A DNA stretch of 64,000 bases from contig QPMI01000089.1 in NCBI GenBank assembly GCA_004431415.1, positions 248,001 through 312,000 on the forward strand. Reading direction: 5' to 3'. Numbering within the stretch: position 1 is the first letter of the stretch; each line of letters opens with the position of its first letter. The translations under genes were made by a program, and so were the position numbers. The DNA is from Cyanophora paradoxa CCMP329. Lineage: Eukaryota > Plantae > Glaucophyta. This document shows, in pieces, positions 10,854 through 24,600 of the stretch. Below the pieces are notes generated by a model, which did no database searches, had not been told where the DNA came from, and saw only the letters and a list, made by a program, of their open reading frames with translations.

Positions 10854-13800
10854 TTAAGGCGAGATCTTGAAGGCAGTTTTCTGGGAGCCGCCTGCGCTCG
10901 CGATCGACCCGGGGGAGAGCGCCGCGCCCCACGCTCTCGTGGCACCAGCCCCGCCCAGCGACAGCACGGACGTCAGGCCCGGCTTCGACGCGGGCGCGGG
11001 CGCCTCGGAGTCCGTTAGTGCCGGCGTCGCGGTGCCATCGCCGTTGCCGCCCTCGGGCGCGGCCGGCTTGGGCTTGGAGCGCCCCTGCTCGACTTGGAGC
11101 CCCAGCTCGATGAGCGCCGCGTACACGATTCCGATGGGCGTCGCCGAGTTGCGAAATGCCATCATGTCCGCGAAGACCTCCTCGTACTTGGTCAGCAGCT
11201 TCTTTGCAACGGCCTCGATGTGGTTCATCCCGTTCTGCAGTGTGTCTCCGACGGACGAGAGCGTCTGCGCTTTTGTCAGCGAGAATGTCGAACGAAGAGT
11301 CCGAGGCTGGATGAAGGCACCCTCCCAGTAGAGTTCTTGTTGACAAAGAGTGCCGCGCCGCCCGCTAGGATGCTGTTGATGGCGGTCGTGATGTACCCCG
11401 GCACTCCGAAGGCCTGCGCGGCGCGTCGGCCCGCTTCGGAGCGAAAGAAGAGCAGAGCAGCGCACGGCGATCCCGACGAAGATGAAAACGAAGAAGAGGA
11501 AGAGGAAGACACAGCTCTGATAGAGCAGGCCAATGTCTCCTAGCCTTTGGAGGAACGAAGAGTGAGCGTGGAAAAGAAGAAGGGAAGAAGGAAGCGCACG
11601 GGCAGCGCTCCTGCGAGGCGAAGAGCTTGTTCAAGGCCGAGACCTTCTTGTTGCCGATCAGCGAGCCGACAGCCTTCTGGATCGACTCTAGGTGAGCCGC
11701 CAGGTCTGCGGAGGCTTGAGAAAACATCGGCGAACGAGATGGATACCGACGACTCACGCGGGGGGATTTTGGCCACGAGCGGCACGTCGATCGAATCCAG
11801 GAGGTCCTGCTTCACGCCGTCGAAGTCGACACCGACGCCGGCGCCGCCGGAGGGCCACTCTGGGGCGACCCCGAGCAGCTTTTCGAGCTGGTGCGCGACG
11901 GATTCGCCGTTCACGAGGCCGCTGCGGCGCCCGAGCTGCTCGCTCCTGCGCAGCTTCTGCAACAGGACCAGCAGCGGGTGCGCCGGTGCGCTCGCGATCG
12001 GCGCCGCGCCGACGTCGGAGTCGGCCTTCAATTGCCGCGTTCTGAGAGCCCCGAGGCCCCCGCCGGCGCCGGCCGCGGGGCCGAGGCTCAAGGCTGCGCC
12101 GCGGTTCAGGCCCCCGGTGGCGCCAGCAGGGGGGCCGAAGCTCATGGCCCCGCCGATGCCGGCCGCGGAACCAGCGGAGCTCAGCTCCTTGCCCTTCTCG
12201 CGGGCCTCGGCGCTCAGCAGCTTGGCGCGCTCCTTGATCTGCTGGATCTGGTTGGCGGCCGCGCTCTTGCGCGTGTTGGCTTCGGCTCCGATGTTTTGCA
12301 GCGCGAGCTTGATCCGCTTAAGCTCAACGATGACCTCGTTGAGCATGTTCCGCATCTTGTTGACCTCGGTCGTGATCTGGACTCTGAGGGTCTTCAGGAA
12401 ACCCCAGAACTTGACGACGTGCCCGATGAACGCCACGATCGCTGCGGCAAAAGTCAGTCCGCGGAATCAACGAGACAGGAACAAGAACACTTGCCGATGC
12501 AGATGGGGATGACTTTCTCTGGCTTCTGGATGACGCCTGCGTTCCGTGCCCGTCAGCTACGTTGTTGGAACGTGCGGGGCGCGGAAACACACCGAGGGAG
12601 ACCCACAGGAACATGACGCTGATGCCTACAATCGACGTAATAAGGGCAAAGATCCACATCAGTCTAAACGTTGCGGCGAGTTAGCTGATATCGCATGGAC
12701 AAACAGAAAGAGAGACGGACAGCCCGACGGTAATGATGAATCGGACGACGGACCAGAACGGGTTCATGCCCTTCCCGTTCTTGGCATCCGTGAGGTCGTC
12801 GGAGGAGAACGAGCGCGCAATCGTGAACGCGGGCGTTTTGGCGCGCATGTCCTTGCTTATCCCTGCGAACTGCGATGTCGATGGTGTGTGAGTCTGCTGC
12901 GGAAGCGGCGCGGAGTGGCGTGGGCCCGGGGAGAACCTTCTTCAGGCTGTCGATGTACTTTAGGTTCTCGACGTAGTATATGACAAGCGTGATCCCGTTG
13001 CAGAAGTAGATCGCCATCGCAATCTGAGCGTTTGTGAGCAATGGAAGCTCGCACAGCATGACACCGGGGTCACCTGCGACGCGGAGGCGAACGCAGACGC
13101 ATGACCCCGGGAGTTGTCCTCGTTGATGCCCTGCTCACTGTTGGTCCCAGCGATGAAGTCAAACTCGCGCGCCGTCTTGCTGTATCCCCAGGTCGCGACG
13201 AGGATCGGCAGCGTCGGGAGGACGATGATGCCGCAGTGGAGGAAGAAAGAGAGCAGGTCGACTTTGAAGTTCATGTTGCGATTGTAGAGCGCCTGGCGGA
13301 TTCGCTTCCACATCGACAGGTGCTTCTCTTTGCGCGACCCGAGGCTGATGGGCTTTTTCGCTGCGGGGGAGTGAGCGGAACACGAGGGCGGCGCGTGAAC
13401 GAAGGGATCCCCGAGCACTCGACTTGCCCGCGGTCGACTCGGCTCCGTCGCGACCCGTATCGGGCCTCCCGTCTGCACACAGCGTAAACGCCACAGCGTA
13501 AAGGAGAGCGTTGAAAGAGCGGACCGCGCGGCGACGGCGCGCGGCTACCGTCTACGAGAACACCGTCAGGTGCACGTGCGTTAATCATGCGTATACCAGC
13601 GAATTCGATTACCTGGCGACTTCAAGGGCATCATCTCCGTGTCTGACATCGCGTCGGATCCTGCGGCACGCCGTCGGAAAAGACCGCGCGCGTTGAAGAG
13701 GGCGAACAAGGCGCACCACGCCGGTTCGGTGCGACGGGGACAGGCTGCATCTCGACATCGTTGATGAACGCGTTGACCTGCCGGGCGTACCGGTCGCCGA

Positions 13801-16800
13801 GCCTCTTGGCGCGCTTGCGGTCGAGCTCCTTTGCCTCGTTTTGGTAGGCCGTGAGCATGAGACTGACGTCGGTCAGGATGAAGAGCCTTTTCATGGTTGT
13901 CAGTTAAGGGCAGGCTAGGAGCCAGAACAACAGTAGGAAATTGAGATCACCTCGTGGTGTCGCACGCGACGAGGAACCTCCAGACCCACAGCATCGGCGT
14001 GTAGTATAAGTGGCACTTCCACCACACGGCGCTCATGAACGGCTTCGGGCTGAAGCCGTCCTCCTGGGCGCTGGACTTCTGCTCGCGCACGTCGGACTTC
14101 TTCGAGTCGGCCTGCTGCTCCGCAGACTCCTCCGCGCTCTGCGCCTTGTTTGGCTGGCGCTTCGTCTTGAGCGCCCGAATGATGCGGTTGGCGTCGTCGA
14201 TTAAATTGCGGCTCGCGCTTGTCGAGATCCTGCGAAGCTGACTTCAGAGAAGCGACAATGTCCGAGACGAGAATCGCACTTGAAGGCGAGCTTGATGATG
14301 ATAATGAACATAACGATCACGAGCAAGATGGTGAGGACGATGAGGGCCATAAACAGCTGCGATTCCCTGCGCAGCTTGCTCATGCTGATCGGGCTCCAGA
14401 AGGCGTCGTTCGTGCCCGCGATCAGGCCCTCGTTGCGCAGCAGTATCGAGGAGGACGCATTTCGGTAAACAAAGAGTTCCTCGGGGTTGTCCAGCGCCTG
14501 AGAGCGGACGCGGTCAGCAGGCGTGAGATCTAGGGAGAGTGCCTGGCGCGAGCCTTCGCAATGAGATCGAAGAAGGGGTCGTCGGCGGGGAAAACGGCGG
14601 CTGAGTTGACGGCGCGCTTGTTCGGGCCGGACCACAGGGGGCACGGCATCTGCAGGGAGACTGCCATCGACTTGCGCGTCGGCGCGAGGAGCCACGCCGT
14701 CATCAGAACGAGGTTCTCCGGCCGGATCATCTCGAACATTTTGTTCGACACGAGCAGCCACTGCCCGTCGCGTTCACGCACGTCGACATCTGGAGCGCGT
14801 TCAGAACGAGCTACTATAGCTAGGCTGAGCTCACCGACACAACATGTACATCAATGGCTCACCGCGGTACACGAAGATCATGTAATCCGCGGGGAGGTTG
14901 AGGGTCTTGCCGTCCTTGAAGAACGTCTCGCGCAGCGCCAGCGACTGCGCGCCGTTGATGGTGTAGCCCGTGGAGGACGCCGCGGCGGTCGCGAGGTCTT
15001 TGCGGATTACGAAACCGCTTGACTGATGCGGAACGTGAGAGCAATCAGGCATTGCAGAGAGCCGCGGCCGGAGGCGGAGCGACGGGCATGGTCAAAGCGG
15101 AGAGGAGTAGGTAACGGGTCGCGGGGAAGGGGGTGAGGAGTTCAGGGAGGGCGGCTGGGATGAAGGATTGGTGTGAAGGGGGCGGAGGAGGGAGGGAGCG
15201 GGAACAAGAAAGGAAATAGGGATGAGAGTAGGGGCGGAAAGGGGGCAGGCGAACGCGGGAATAGGCAGGGGAAGGCGGCCGCAAGCACCTGGCGGGCCCC
15301 GTTGACGACTTTGAAGGCCTGCTCCGTCGCGCTGTCGAACTCGAGCTCGGACTCTAGGTGGACGAAGGCGAGGCCCGACTTGGCCTTGACGTCCAGTGCA
15401 GCGCCGCCGCGGCAGTCGGACTGGCCGACGGCCCAGAGGTTCGACTGCCGCTGCTCGACGGCCTCGCCGAAGAGACACGAGCCGCCGCCGGCCGACGCGG
15501 AGAAGCCGAGCGGCGGGCCGCTGACGGAGGCGCAGTACGGCTTCGGCTGCCACAGCTGAAAGCGGCCGGCCTGCAGCTCTACTGTAGCCTTCTCGAGCAT
15601 CCGTGTGGTCTTGAAGGATATGAAACTGAAGCCTATGTCGGTGAGGAAGAATTGCGGGACGCTGAGGCACTCAATCTGCATGTGCAGGTCCGGACCTGAC
15701 GACAGAGTCATCAATCCGAGAAAGAATGGAGGCGCGCGGCCGCACCGACGAGCATGAGGCTGGCCCCGTCGCGGAAAGCAATCGACTTCTTGTTGTCACA
15801 AGCCCCGCGCTGCTCGCGGATCGCGGTACCCGGGAGCACGTCCCGGTTTCCGAAGCTCGGCTCAGAGGTGACGCGCAGCGAGGAAAAGAGACCATTGGCT
15901 GAGACTGTGATCCTGCATATCCACTCCGAGAAGTCGCTGGGGCCGTCGTCCCGGTCGTCCGCTTTGCGGTTGTTCTGCATAGCCCAAAGTCTCATGCGCG
16001 AAAACGATGCGAGGTCTTCGAAAGAGAGCACCTTGACCACTACCGTGTTGGGCAGATCGGGGTCGTTGGGACCGCGCCAGCGCACCGGGACGGGGAACGA
16101 GGAGATCGGCCACTGCGATGGCGGGTAGTCGACCTTCACTTTCAGCGTAGTGGCCGGTGCGGTTGTGTACACAGTGTGCTCAAGAACGATCTGGCACTGT
16201 GCGAGGACCTAATTAGGCGCCGATGAATCCGGAGCGCGCGGGTCGCGGCCTGAGCGCACGTTGTCGCTCCAGATGTGCAGCGGTTTCGCCAGGTCCACAG
16301 GAACGTTCAGCTCGTACACGCCGGACGACAGGTTAAGCATCACAATGCAGTAAATCTGCAAGCCGAGCAGCCATATGCATCAGCGAGTTGATCAGATGTG
16401 CGGATCGCAGCCGTCGCACCATCAGGGCTCCGATCGCCGCTGCCACGCGAAGTCGGCGTCAGCACATCTCCCGACAGCTCAGAACACCGACGCACCTGCG
16501 GCCAGAATGCGGCGCGTGTCGCCGAAGTTGGTCAGGAAGTCCTCGCGGTCCAAATGCTTCTCCAAGATGAACTCCGCGCTGTCCGCTTTAATCTCGTCTC
16601 GCTGCTTTATGTACTCGCGCTTCAGAATCTTCTTCGGATCCCTGGCGAACACGAGCTTCGCCTTCGACCGGGCCGCGTGTGCAGCGATTGCCAGGTTGAT
16701 CCTCTTCGGCTTGACCGTGACCGGCTCGGCAGCCATGGCCAGCACCTGTATTGTCGCGACCGGCTTCTCGGGATCCTTCCCATCGTCGTGGTCAACTGCG

Positions 16801-17108
16801 GTGCGGCAACGTCAACTCAGGATCAGGATCAGGCCATCCAGAACAGAGCATATGAGCGTCGACGCACGACCGCTAGCGCTGTTGGAAGCTGACGAGCTAG
16901 CGCTCGACGCCCCATTGCTTGGCGCGGCGGAGTCTAAATCCGGCGTCCCGGATCCGGAGAGGGCGTGCACAGGGATCGTCTCCACTTCCGTCGTCGTGTC
17001 GGGCTCCCCGATCCCAAGCTCATGATCATCCGCCAGATCTAACGCTGAGCCCGCATGAACGGGCGCGTTCGCGCTATCCATGAATTCGAACTCCCGAGCG
17101 CGCGCCAT
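10854..17108 (-). CDS. Large multi-exon, multi-pass membrane protein of unknown function
   Basis: A chain of coding-like exons with short introns. It has a long soluble region, then hydrophobic helices (LFMALIVLTILLVIVMFIIII; LLSFFLHCGIIVLPTLPILVA; WIFALITSIVGISVMFLWVSL; AFGVPGYITTAINSILAGGAALF) and a coiled-coil-like stretch at about 12200-12400. It could be more than one gene. Confidence 0.7.
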
Positions 17109-17270
17109 GTCGCATACGCTGATGCGCAGTCAGCCTGGCAGGGCGCGCGTGCACGAGATCCAGCGCACTAGTACTAAGAACTGCAGCTACGAACCTGAGA
17201 TTAGGTGTGCGCAAAACGCATGCGCAAGAGCCCAGCAGCTGTCGCCGGACTCGTCGTCTCTCTGCCTATA

Positions 17271-17511
17271 CTGTAAAACATGCAATATCCAGCGTCACTT
17301 TATTTCGGCAAAACCCGAAAAATGCGCCGAAATTGTAGTTCGTCGGCATCATATTTTCGGCAACACAGCCAGTCCGCCTAGGCGGCGGGTACATTGATCC
17401 CTCTTTTGCCATACACCTGCACAATTCTGGCAGTTTCAAATATTCGGCGCCGTGAGCCTATGCCGAATAGCGCCGAATATTAAGTGCCGCCGGAGATTTC
17501 ACGTTTTACAG
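17271..17511. mobile_element. MITE, Tc1/mariner-pogo-like (TA TSD)
   Basis: TIR CTGTAAAAC(A/G)TG(C/A)AAT(A/C)TCC, flanked by TA at both ends. Confidence 0.8.
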
Positions 17512-17586
17512 TATATGCTAAGCTGCACGCGTACGTATACGGGTGCCGGCTGTGAGTGGCGCCGGTGCTGCACCGCGCGTCAGCTA

Positions 17587-17860
17587 CCGTGTAACACTTA
17601 AATATGACGCCATCTGAGATGTCGTTTATAAAACCTGGACTCCCGTGCGTGAAATATGACGCTCCCAAATTATGTCGCTATGAAATTCAAGGTTTGTATG
17701 GGGCGCGGTAATTTTGTATCATTTTGTATGGCGCCCTGTGGCCGGTAATTCACCAAAAACAAATTATGGCGCTCCCAAATTATGTCGTTATAGCAAAATT
17801 TCGGCGACATAATTTGGGGATGACATATTTAAGTGCGCGTCATATATAAGTGTTATACGG
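17587..17860. mobile_element. MITE, Tc1/mariner-pogo-like (TA TSD)
   Basis: 24-bp TIR CCGT(G/A)TAACACTTA(A/T)ATATGACGC with TA flanks, and internal CCCAAATTATGTCG repeats in both orientations. Confidence 0.85.
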
Positions 17861-18217
17861 TATAGTATATCACCGGACTCGCTGGGTGCAGCCTTGCAGG
17901 GCCAGGCCGGCGCCACCTGCAGCTGCCCAGCGCTACCCGGGTAGCTTGCCGCAGGGCCCTGAGGGGCCAGTGAGGGCCCGGGGGGCGCGCGGCTCCGAGG
18001 CTCCGAGGCTCGGCCCCGCTCGGGATTCGGCAGCACGCTCAGCTGCAGCGCCGCGGCGGCTCTCCGCCGAGTCTCCGGATCCGCCGGCCGGGATTCCGGG
18101 ATCCGGGCCCCCGGGGAACTTCCCAAGCCTTGGCAAGTTCGGGAACCGCGGGAGCCTCGGCGACGTGCCGCAGCGCCGCGCTCGTCGACGAGGCTTAGAT
18201 CCGAAGGCGGGACACTA

Positions 18218-18440
18218 CTGTAGGAATGCTTTTTTAGCCGATGTTTTAAATTGCCGTATATTGCCGAGAGGCCGAATTCGGCAATTTTAAGCCACGGCAA
18301 TGTTGCTGGGGGTAGCGATTTTCTTAGTCTGGAGAGCAGCTGCAGAAATCTGGATTCGGCAATTTATTGCCACGGCAATTCCGGTTTTGGCCGAATTCGG
18401 CAATTTAACTACGCGGCAATTTAAGCTAGCATTCCTACAG
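18218..18440. mobile_element. MITE (TA TSD), family A copy 1
   Basis: 13-bp perfect TIR CTGTAGGAATGCT with TA flanks, many internal CGGCAAT motifs, and a second copy at 18703. Confidence 0.85.
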
Positions 18441-18702
18441 TAATTGCTAGAATTTATATATAGTGTCCCGCGCTAGCTACTAGGCTACGAAATTATTTCG
18501 GCTAGCTTACGAATTAACATTTCCTTCATGAAGTTTCCTACTAGGCTGAGCCATCTAGATCTAGATCTAGAACTGCATCATCATGCAGGGACAGATCTAG
18601 ATTCTCAGACTGCATGCTGCTGCGCATGCGCGCGATCGCGATTCGCGAGCCTCGGAGGCATTGCGGACCATAACTTACCAGCTGCAGTACCGTACTGCAC
18701 TA

Positions 18703-18960
18703 CTGTAGGATTGATTTTTTAGCCGATGTTTTACTAAAAGTTAAATTGCCGTATCTTGCCGAGAGGTCGCATTCGGGTCGCGCTTCCCTGGTCGCATTCG
18801 GCAATTTTAAGCCACGGCAATGTTGCTGGGGGTAGGGATTTTCTAAGGGGGCCAAGGCCCATAGAGCGGAAATCTGGATTCGGCAATTTATCGCCACGGC
18901 AATTCCGGTTTTGGCCGAATTCGGCAATTTTACTACGCGGCAATTTAAGCATTCCTACAG
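18703..18960. mobile_element. MITE, family A copy 2
   Basis: Colinear with 18218-18440; ends CTGTAGGA...ATTCCTACAG. Confidence 0.8.
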
Positions 18961-18990
18961 GCTACAGTACATCATCACTGTACATGTATA

Positions 18991-19325
18991 CTGTAATTCG
19001 GGTAATATTTAAGACCCCAAAATAATTAGTAATCCCGGGGTTTGGTCGGTTTAGTAGGCTGAAAATAATTAAGAGTTGGCCGCGCGGAGCGCTTTAGTAG
19101 CGGCCTTTGAAGGGGGTGGGCGCGCCAGGGGGTCTTGATCTGTTGGAGAGTCCGGAAGCCCCCTCGCACTATAGCTAGCTTCTCCCGCACTGCAACTTTG
19201 CTGCGCGCGCGGGCTACGTACCCCCCCTCGCACCTCGGTTTAGTATACGATAAAACTTTAGTAGTCAGGCCTCAAAACTTTGGTACTATAAAGATCCAGT
19301 ATACTAAATATTTCACGACTTACAG
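18991..19325. mobile_element. MITE (TA TSD)
   Basis: TIR CTGTAA(T/G)TCG(G/T)G(T/A)AATATTTA with TA flanks. A lone matching end lies near 21078. Confidence 0.7.
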
Positions 19326-19389
19326 TAGACGACTTTTTATCATAGTATAGACGACTATTTGTATTCAGTCGAGCTCCCTGTTTCGACTT

Positions 19390-19678
19390 CCGTGTAACAC
19401 AATATTAATTCGCACGATATTAGTTCGTTTTTAGATCGATCGACCGGTACCCAGACCCCGACCATATTAATTAGTTCGGTCTCAAATTAGTGCGTTTTTT
19501 CGTTTCCAGTCACGAATCCAGTACAGTGTATGGGGAGAGGGGTACGCACCGTACTACGGTACCCCAACGGCGTTTTCTTAGCATCCTTTTATTTGTGCGG
19601 TCTCAAATTATAAAACGATTTCACGGCAAAAATTAAACGCACTAATTTGGTACCGAACTAATATTATGCCGAACACTG
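19390..19678. mobile_element. Degenerate MITE related to 17587-17860
   Basis: Starts CCGTGTAACAC and has inverted ATTAGTTCG/CGAACTAAT subterminal motifs. The right TIR is poor. Confidence 0.45.
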
Positions 19679-19758
19679 CTATACAGTCCCAATTTAATAT
19701 GGATATCGAACTTTCCGACTCTCTCGGCGAGTTCGGCGGCAACCTCCGAGGCTCATGA

Positions 19759-20000
19759 CACAGCTCGTTTTTTTTCCTAATCGACTCGACATGCCCGTTG
19801 TATGGGCAAGGGTAGCCGGCGATCGCGATAACTTTTCACCCGTCGCAGAACGGCTAGTCTCCTCGCAACAGCTTGTAGCCGGCAAGCTACCGGGTAGAAT
19901 GCACTAGCTTGCGCCGGGGAATTCCGAACACCCGAGGGGAAATTGGTCAAAAACCGGATTTCGGCCGTGTCGGGTCGACCGGTAAAAAAAACGAGCTGTG
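19759..20000. mobile_element. CMC-superfamily-like (CACTA/Chapaev) MITE with 3-bp TSD
   Basis: Perfect TIR CACAGCTCGTTTTTTTT, with TGA duplicated at 19756-19758 and 20001-20003. Confidence 0.8.
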
Positions 20001-20388
20001 TGAGTCATGATCAACGAATTCGAATTTCGAACGAATTCGAACAGGCTCGGAAGCCTCGGCCCGGAGTCGGCCGCGGATGATTCGGATCCGGATTCCGGAT
20101 TCCCGGAGTCCGGAACTGTACATGTTGAACAGCTGCGGCAGCCTTGATCATGACTCATGAGTCATGAGTCACGCGTACGCGGCTCACGCCCTCGGCAGCT
20201 CCGGAATCCGGATCCGGACTCAGTGACTCCCGGGCCCCGGCCCGCGGCCGAGCCTCGGAGACTGCCCCGAGTCCCCGGATCCGCGTGCCACGGTGCCGGG
20301 GCCCGGGGGCGCCGCCGCCGGCCCGCCGGGCCGGCCGCGGGCCGCGGCGCGGCGGCCCCAGCTGCAGCCTGCAGCCAGCCTGGCAGGC

Positions 20389-20943
20389 TAGGGTTACCGG
20401 CGCAACTTACCGCACCGACACTGTGACAATTCGGACGCCGTGACGGCGGACCGGAGGCTCCGGAGCTTCGTTAGACGGTCGTCATTGACTCGTCAATCAT
20501 GGCAATGTCGGCAAGGTGTCGGCAAGGGCGACCGACACTGTGACATGTCGAAAATAATGATTAAAATAATCCATTTTTAATAGGTTTTAATGCTTTTCTC
20601 GCCCCCTCCCTGCCGGCCCAGTGCCGGGGGCCTGCCCTCGCTGGCCCGTCGCTCACCTAGAACCCACGCTTCTATGGATTCCCAAGGTGGGGAATGTGTT
20701 CAGACATGCTTAGAATAACTTCCTGGAGCACCAGAAGCCTTAAAATATAATAATAAGACGTAAACTTTTGAAAACCGGGTATACGTACCTGCCAGAGATG
20801 ACGTCGACGTCGACGCGTACGCTTCCCCCCCCCCCATTCGACATCCGACCGACATCCGACGGACATTCGACATTGTCGAATCACAATGTCGATGTCGGAG
20901 GCTGGGGGACCGACATTACCCGGGCCGTCAGACGGTAACCCTA
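20389..20943. mobile_element. hAT-like MITE
   Basis: 11-bp TIR TAGGGTTACCG, dense subterminal CGACA/TGTCG motifs, and 8-bp flanks TGGCAGGC / AGCCAGGC (6/8 match). Confidence 0.75.
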
Positions 20944-21612
20944 AGCCAGGCCCGCAGGCCTAGGCCCGCAGTGCCTTCGAATTCCGAGATTTCAGCAATT
21001 GCCAAAAAACAGTACTAGTTGCAAGTTATAATTACTTATTATATGCTGCTTGCAACTTGCAACCTTAAGCTTACCATACTGTAATTCGGGAGCCGCTGAG
21101 CCCGCGTATACGTACGCGTGCCATGCACGCAATATTAATCCGATGATCAGCCTACCCGCCGCCGGGTATATAGCTACGTTATACGCTGGCCCAGTACTAG
21201 TACTAGTGGCCCAGTACGTATACGTACTAGTGGACTCATGATCAGTGACTCGGTGATCATGATCATGATCATGAGGTCGCCTTGGGCTTCTGCCAGCCGC
21301 TGAGCTGCATCATGGCATCATGGCATGCATGCCATGCGAGCTGCCAGGCAGTGCCAGCCCAGCACGAGCTTGATCGCGAACCTGGCGCCAGCACTGCGGC
21401 AGCCATTGTGGAACCGCAGCAGCTTAGCCTAGTAGAGCTCGAGCCTCCGGCTGCAAGGAGGCTTGCTTGGCTCAGCGGCTGCAGGAGCGTTGCGTTTGTG
21501 AGCCTGCCGCACTGGCGCCAGCGCTAGCTGCGGTTAGCGCGTACGTATGCATCTGCTTCAAGCAGCGTGCACGCGTGATTCAGACCGAGACCGAGACCTG
21601 ATCTTGAGTGGA

Positions 21613-24600
21613 ATGGATCGGCAATCTCCACCTCATGATCAGCAATCACCGCATCTCGGCCGAAGCCGACGAGCCCGCACTCGAGCTCGGCCATGGCCAT
21701 GGCAACCGCGGCCGCAGGGACGTCGACAGCTGCTCTTGAGTCTCGCTATCGCCACGTCTCTGTTCCTTCTCAGCGCGGGGCTGACGATGCGCGATAAGCC
21801 AACCATATACGCTGTCGATTTTACGCGAGGTGGCATCGGTGCGCACCTCTCGTTCCGCCCCTGCCCGGCCCCTCGCCTTGTCTCCCCAGCCTGCTCTATT
21901 GTCCCATAATTCGCGAGCGTGGCAGGCTTTTACGTAACATCGGAAATGAGTTGCGGGCGGACTATCGGTACGCATATCCGCATGCGTGCCGGAGCCCGTT
22001 TTCCTTTGCACATGGCCATATACCTCATCGTGTACGTAGCTCTAGATCTAGATCTGGCCTCCCCGAATCCCTCCGGACCCCGCGACCGACGCGCCCCATT
22101 CCGTCATTCCCCAGCCCCCCTTTCCTCCCCTCGCTCCTTTAATTTAAATTTTCCGATCTCTAGCGCTAGCTCTACCTCCTTTCACACACTCTACATATCT
22201 TGCAATTGGCCAGGCGCGCGCCCCCAACCCCTCCCTAATCACTAATCCCTAATATTATTAATCCCTAATCCCCCTGTTCACGTTTCCTTATCATCGTCCC
22301 TTATCCTATCCTATCAGAATTCTGGATTAAAATCGTAACTTCTTTCTTTTTGGTTGAACGTCCGTCGTCGACTCGGTTTTGACTAAAGCTACCTCGATCG
22401 CTTGCTTTAATTTGCTGCAGGATGGAGACAAGCCCAATGACCAGCTTCTCTGGTACGCCTACGACCCCACTCAGGCCGAAAGTACGATCGCGAACCAACC
22501 AGGCCGCCTGTATATGTATTCTGAAACTATGACATGCTGGTGGTGTCCGCAGCTTATGAATGGCGAATAAACTTCGCAGGCGATGGCAGTGCGTATGCGG
22601 CTGGAAGAACTAAACTCAAGTGGCAGTAAGCTCCCCTTGCTCGATCGCAATTGCACAGCCTAACTGTGAGTAATAGAATCTTTATAGACCACATCCTTCA
22701 GCGAGATTATCACCTCTTTGGTGGGAGCAACGGTATTCCTTGGAATCAGTGGTGCGTGAGTGCGGCACTCTCGATCTTGACGCTTGCGTGCATGATTACT
22801 TCCGCAGGACCCACGTCGCGATCACGTTCTCGCCAGAGAGAGGCACTATGTTTAACATACCTGTACGGACAGAACTTACCCCCGACGGGTCCGGGTTTTT
22901 TCAGTACTGGGACATGACTATTGTAGGCTACATCAACGGCGCCGGTGCGCGATTCTTTTTGAAAAGCGTCTTCAAGGCTTAAGCTTGCCTTCGCTGGCTT
23001 GTTTACTGTTCTTGCAGAGAACGGCAGAATTCAATGGCACACCGCTGCCCCCGCGGTGCGAGGAACCTGATCTTCTAAAACCGATTGCTTTGCCAACCTT
23101 CCGCAACTCGCGCGTCCTACAGCCCCAATCTATGCACAATTCAAGAAACCAGCTTGGAGGAGATTTGTCCGGAGTTCACATCGCAAATTGGAGGTTCACA
23201 CTTCCCCGCGCCCCCCACCTCCCTCAGCCCCCTCCCCCCTCCCGCACAATCGACGAAGTACCCCCGCAGGGTTTGGGGCTGGGAGCTGACCGCAGCCCAA
23301 GTGTCTGAAGCAGCCGTGGGCACACTCACCGGCCCTCAGATGTGGCTGAAATTCGATCTATGTCCTTCGACGGTTTGCCCTTGCACGCAAAAGACAGCTG
23401 GCCGCGCCTCTTAACAGCCTTCCAGGTCGAGGGAATTGCCTACGTGTTTGGCGGGGTCAGTATGCCTCTGGACTGCTTAGAAAGAGCCAAGATCGAGATG
23501 AAGACAACTGACGCGAGGTCTGATCATAACTTCCTGCGCAGGCTACGTCCCCGTGTCCGCCGAAGTTAGGGGCAACCTTTGGCACTCTGAACGGGAAGAG
23601 CGGTGAGCGGGCCATCTCTCTGCAGTCGATGTCGTTCGGGGGATCCTTCACCGTGGAGACGTGGTCCGCTAGCTCCCTGCACTGCCAACGCCCGCCGTGC
23701 GAGCCGCCTCTGCAGGCTGCGGCCCGGCGTGGCGCAGGCGCTGGGCGCGCGGCTGGCGGACTTCGGCAACCCGGAGCTCTCCGGCGTCGCCAACGCTGAC
23801 GCTCTCGTCTTCGCATTCTGCCCGAGCGGCTACCCCGCCGAGTGCTCCGTGCGCTCCCTCAATTGCAAGCATATGCATTCTGCCCGCTCTTGCTCAGGTG
23901 TGCTGAGCCCTCGCAGGTGCCGGCGGGCAAGATGGCGCTCATCGTTAAGGTATACCATGGGTCCCGCCTCGCCTCTCGATTCGTCTTCTTTGAGGGCGCT
24001 GTCGGCATCCCCGTGCGTGACCCCCTCTCGAGCCCCCAGCTGCCGATATCGATGCTGTCCGCAGGTCGGCACCATAGGGCACGTTGCGATCGTCTTCAGC
24101 GCGGCGGTCAACGGGAGCAGCTCAGTGAAAGGCTATTTGAACGGGGAGCTCGTCTCATCTGCCACCTCGGCGCCTGTTCCCGTCGCCACGCGCGCCCGCA
24201 GCTTCCTTGGCAGCGCCAACGAGTGGGGCGTTCCGAGAGCCACGTCCCTCTTCCTCGCCCGTTTCAGGATCTGGGGCGCAAACCGCTCGGCCGACGAAAT
24301 CAGTGCGATCTTCTATGAGAAGGGCGCCCTCCCCGCAGACAAGCCGCTGCTTTACCTGAAACTAGACGACTGTGGCTCGACGGTACGCGCGCTTTTCATC
24401 CGCCCGCCGAGTCGTGAGCGGTCCGCAGGGCGTGCAGATTGCAAACGACAGCTCCACCTTCGGGCTGGACGCGGAAGTCGTGGGCGACGTCGCGCTCAGG
24501 ACGTGCTCGGACGTGCCCGCGAGGCCCTCCACGCCGACCCTCGCGGCGGCGGCTGCCGACCCTTCGACAGTCACGGCGGCGGTGCGCTTCACGGCGGGAC

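Noticed and set aside
22230-22275. Interstitial telomeric repeat (CCCTAA x3)
   Set aside because: The units are not tandem and are too few; this is a low-complexity intron.
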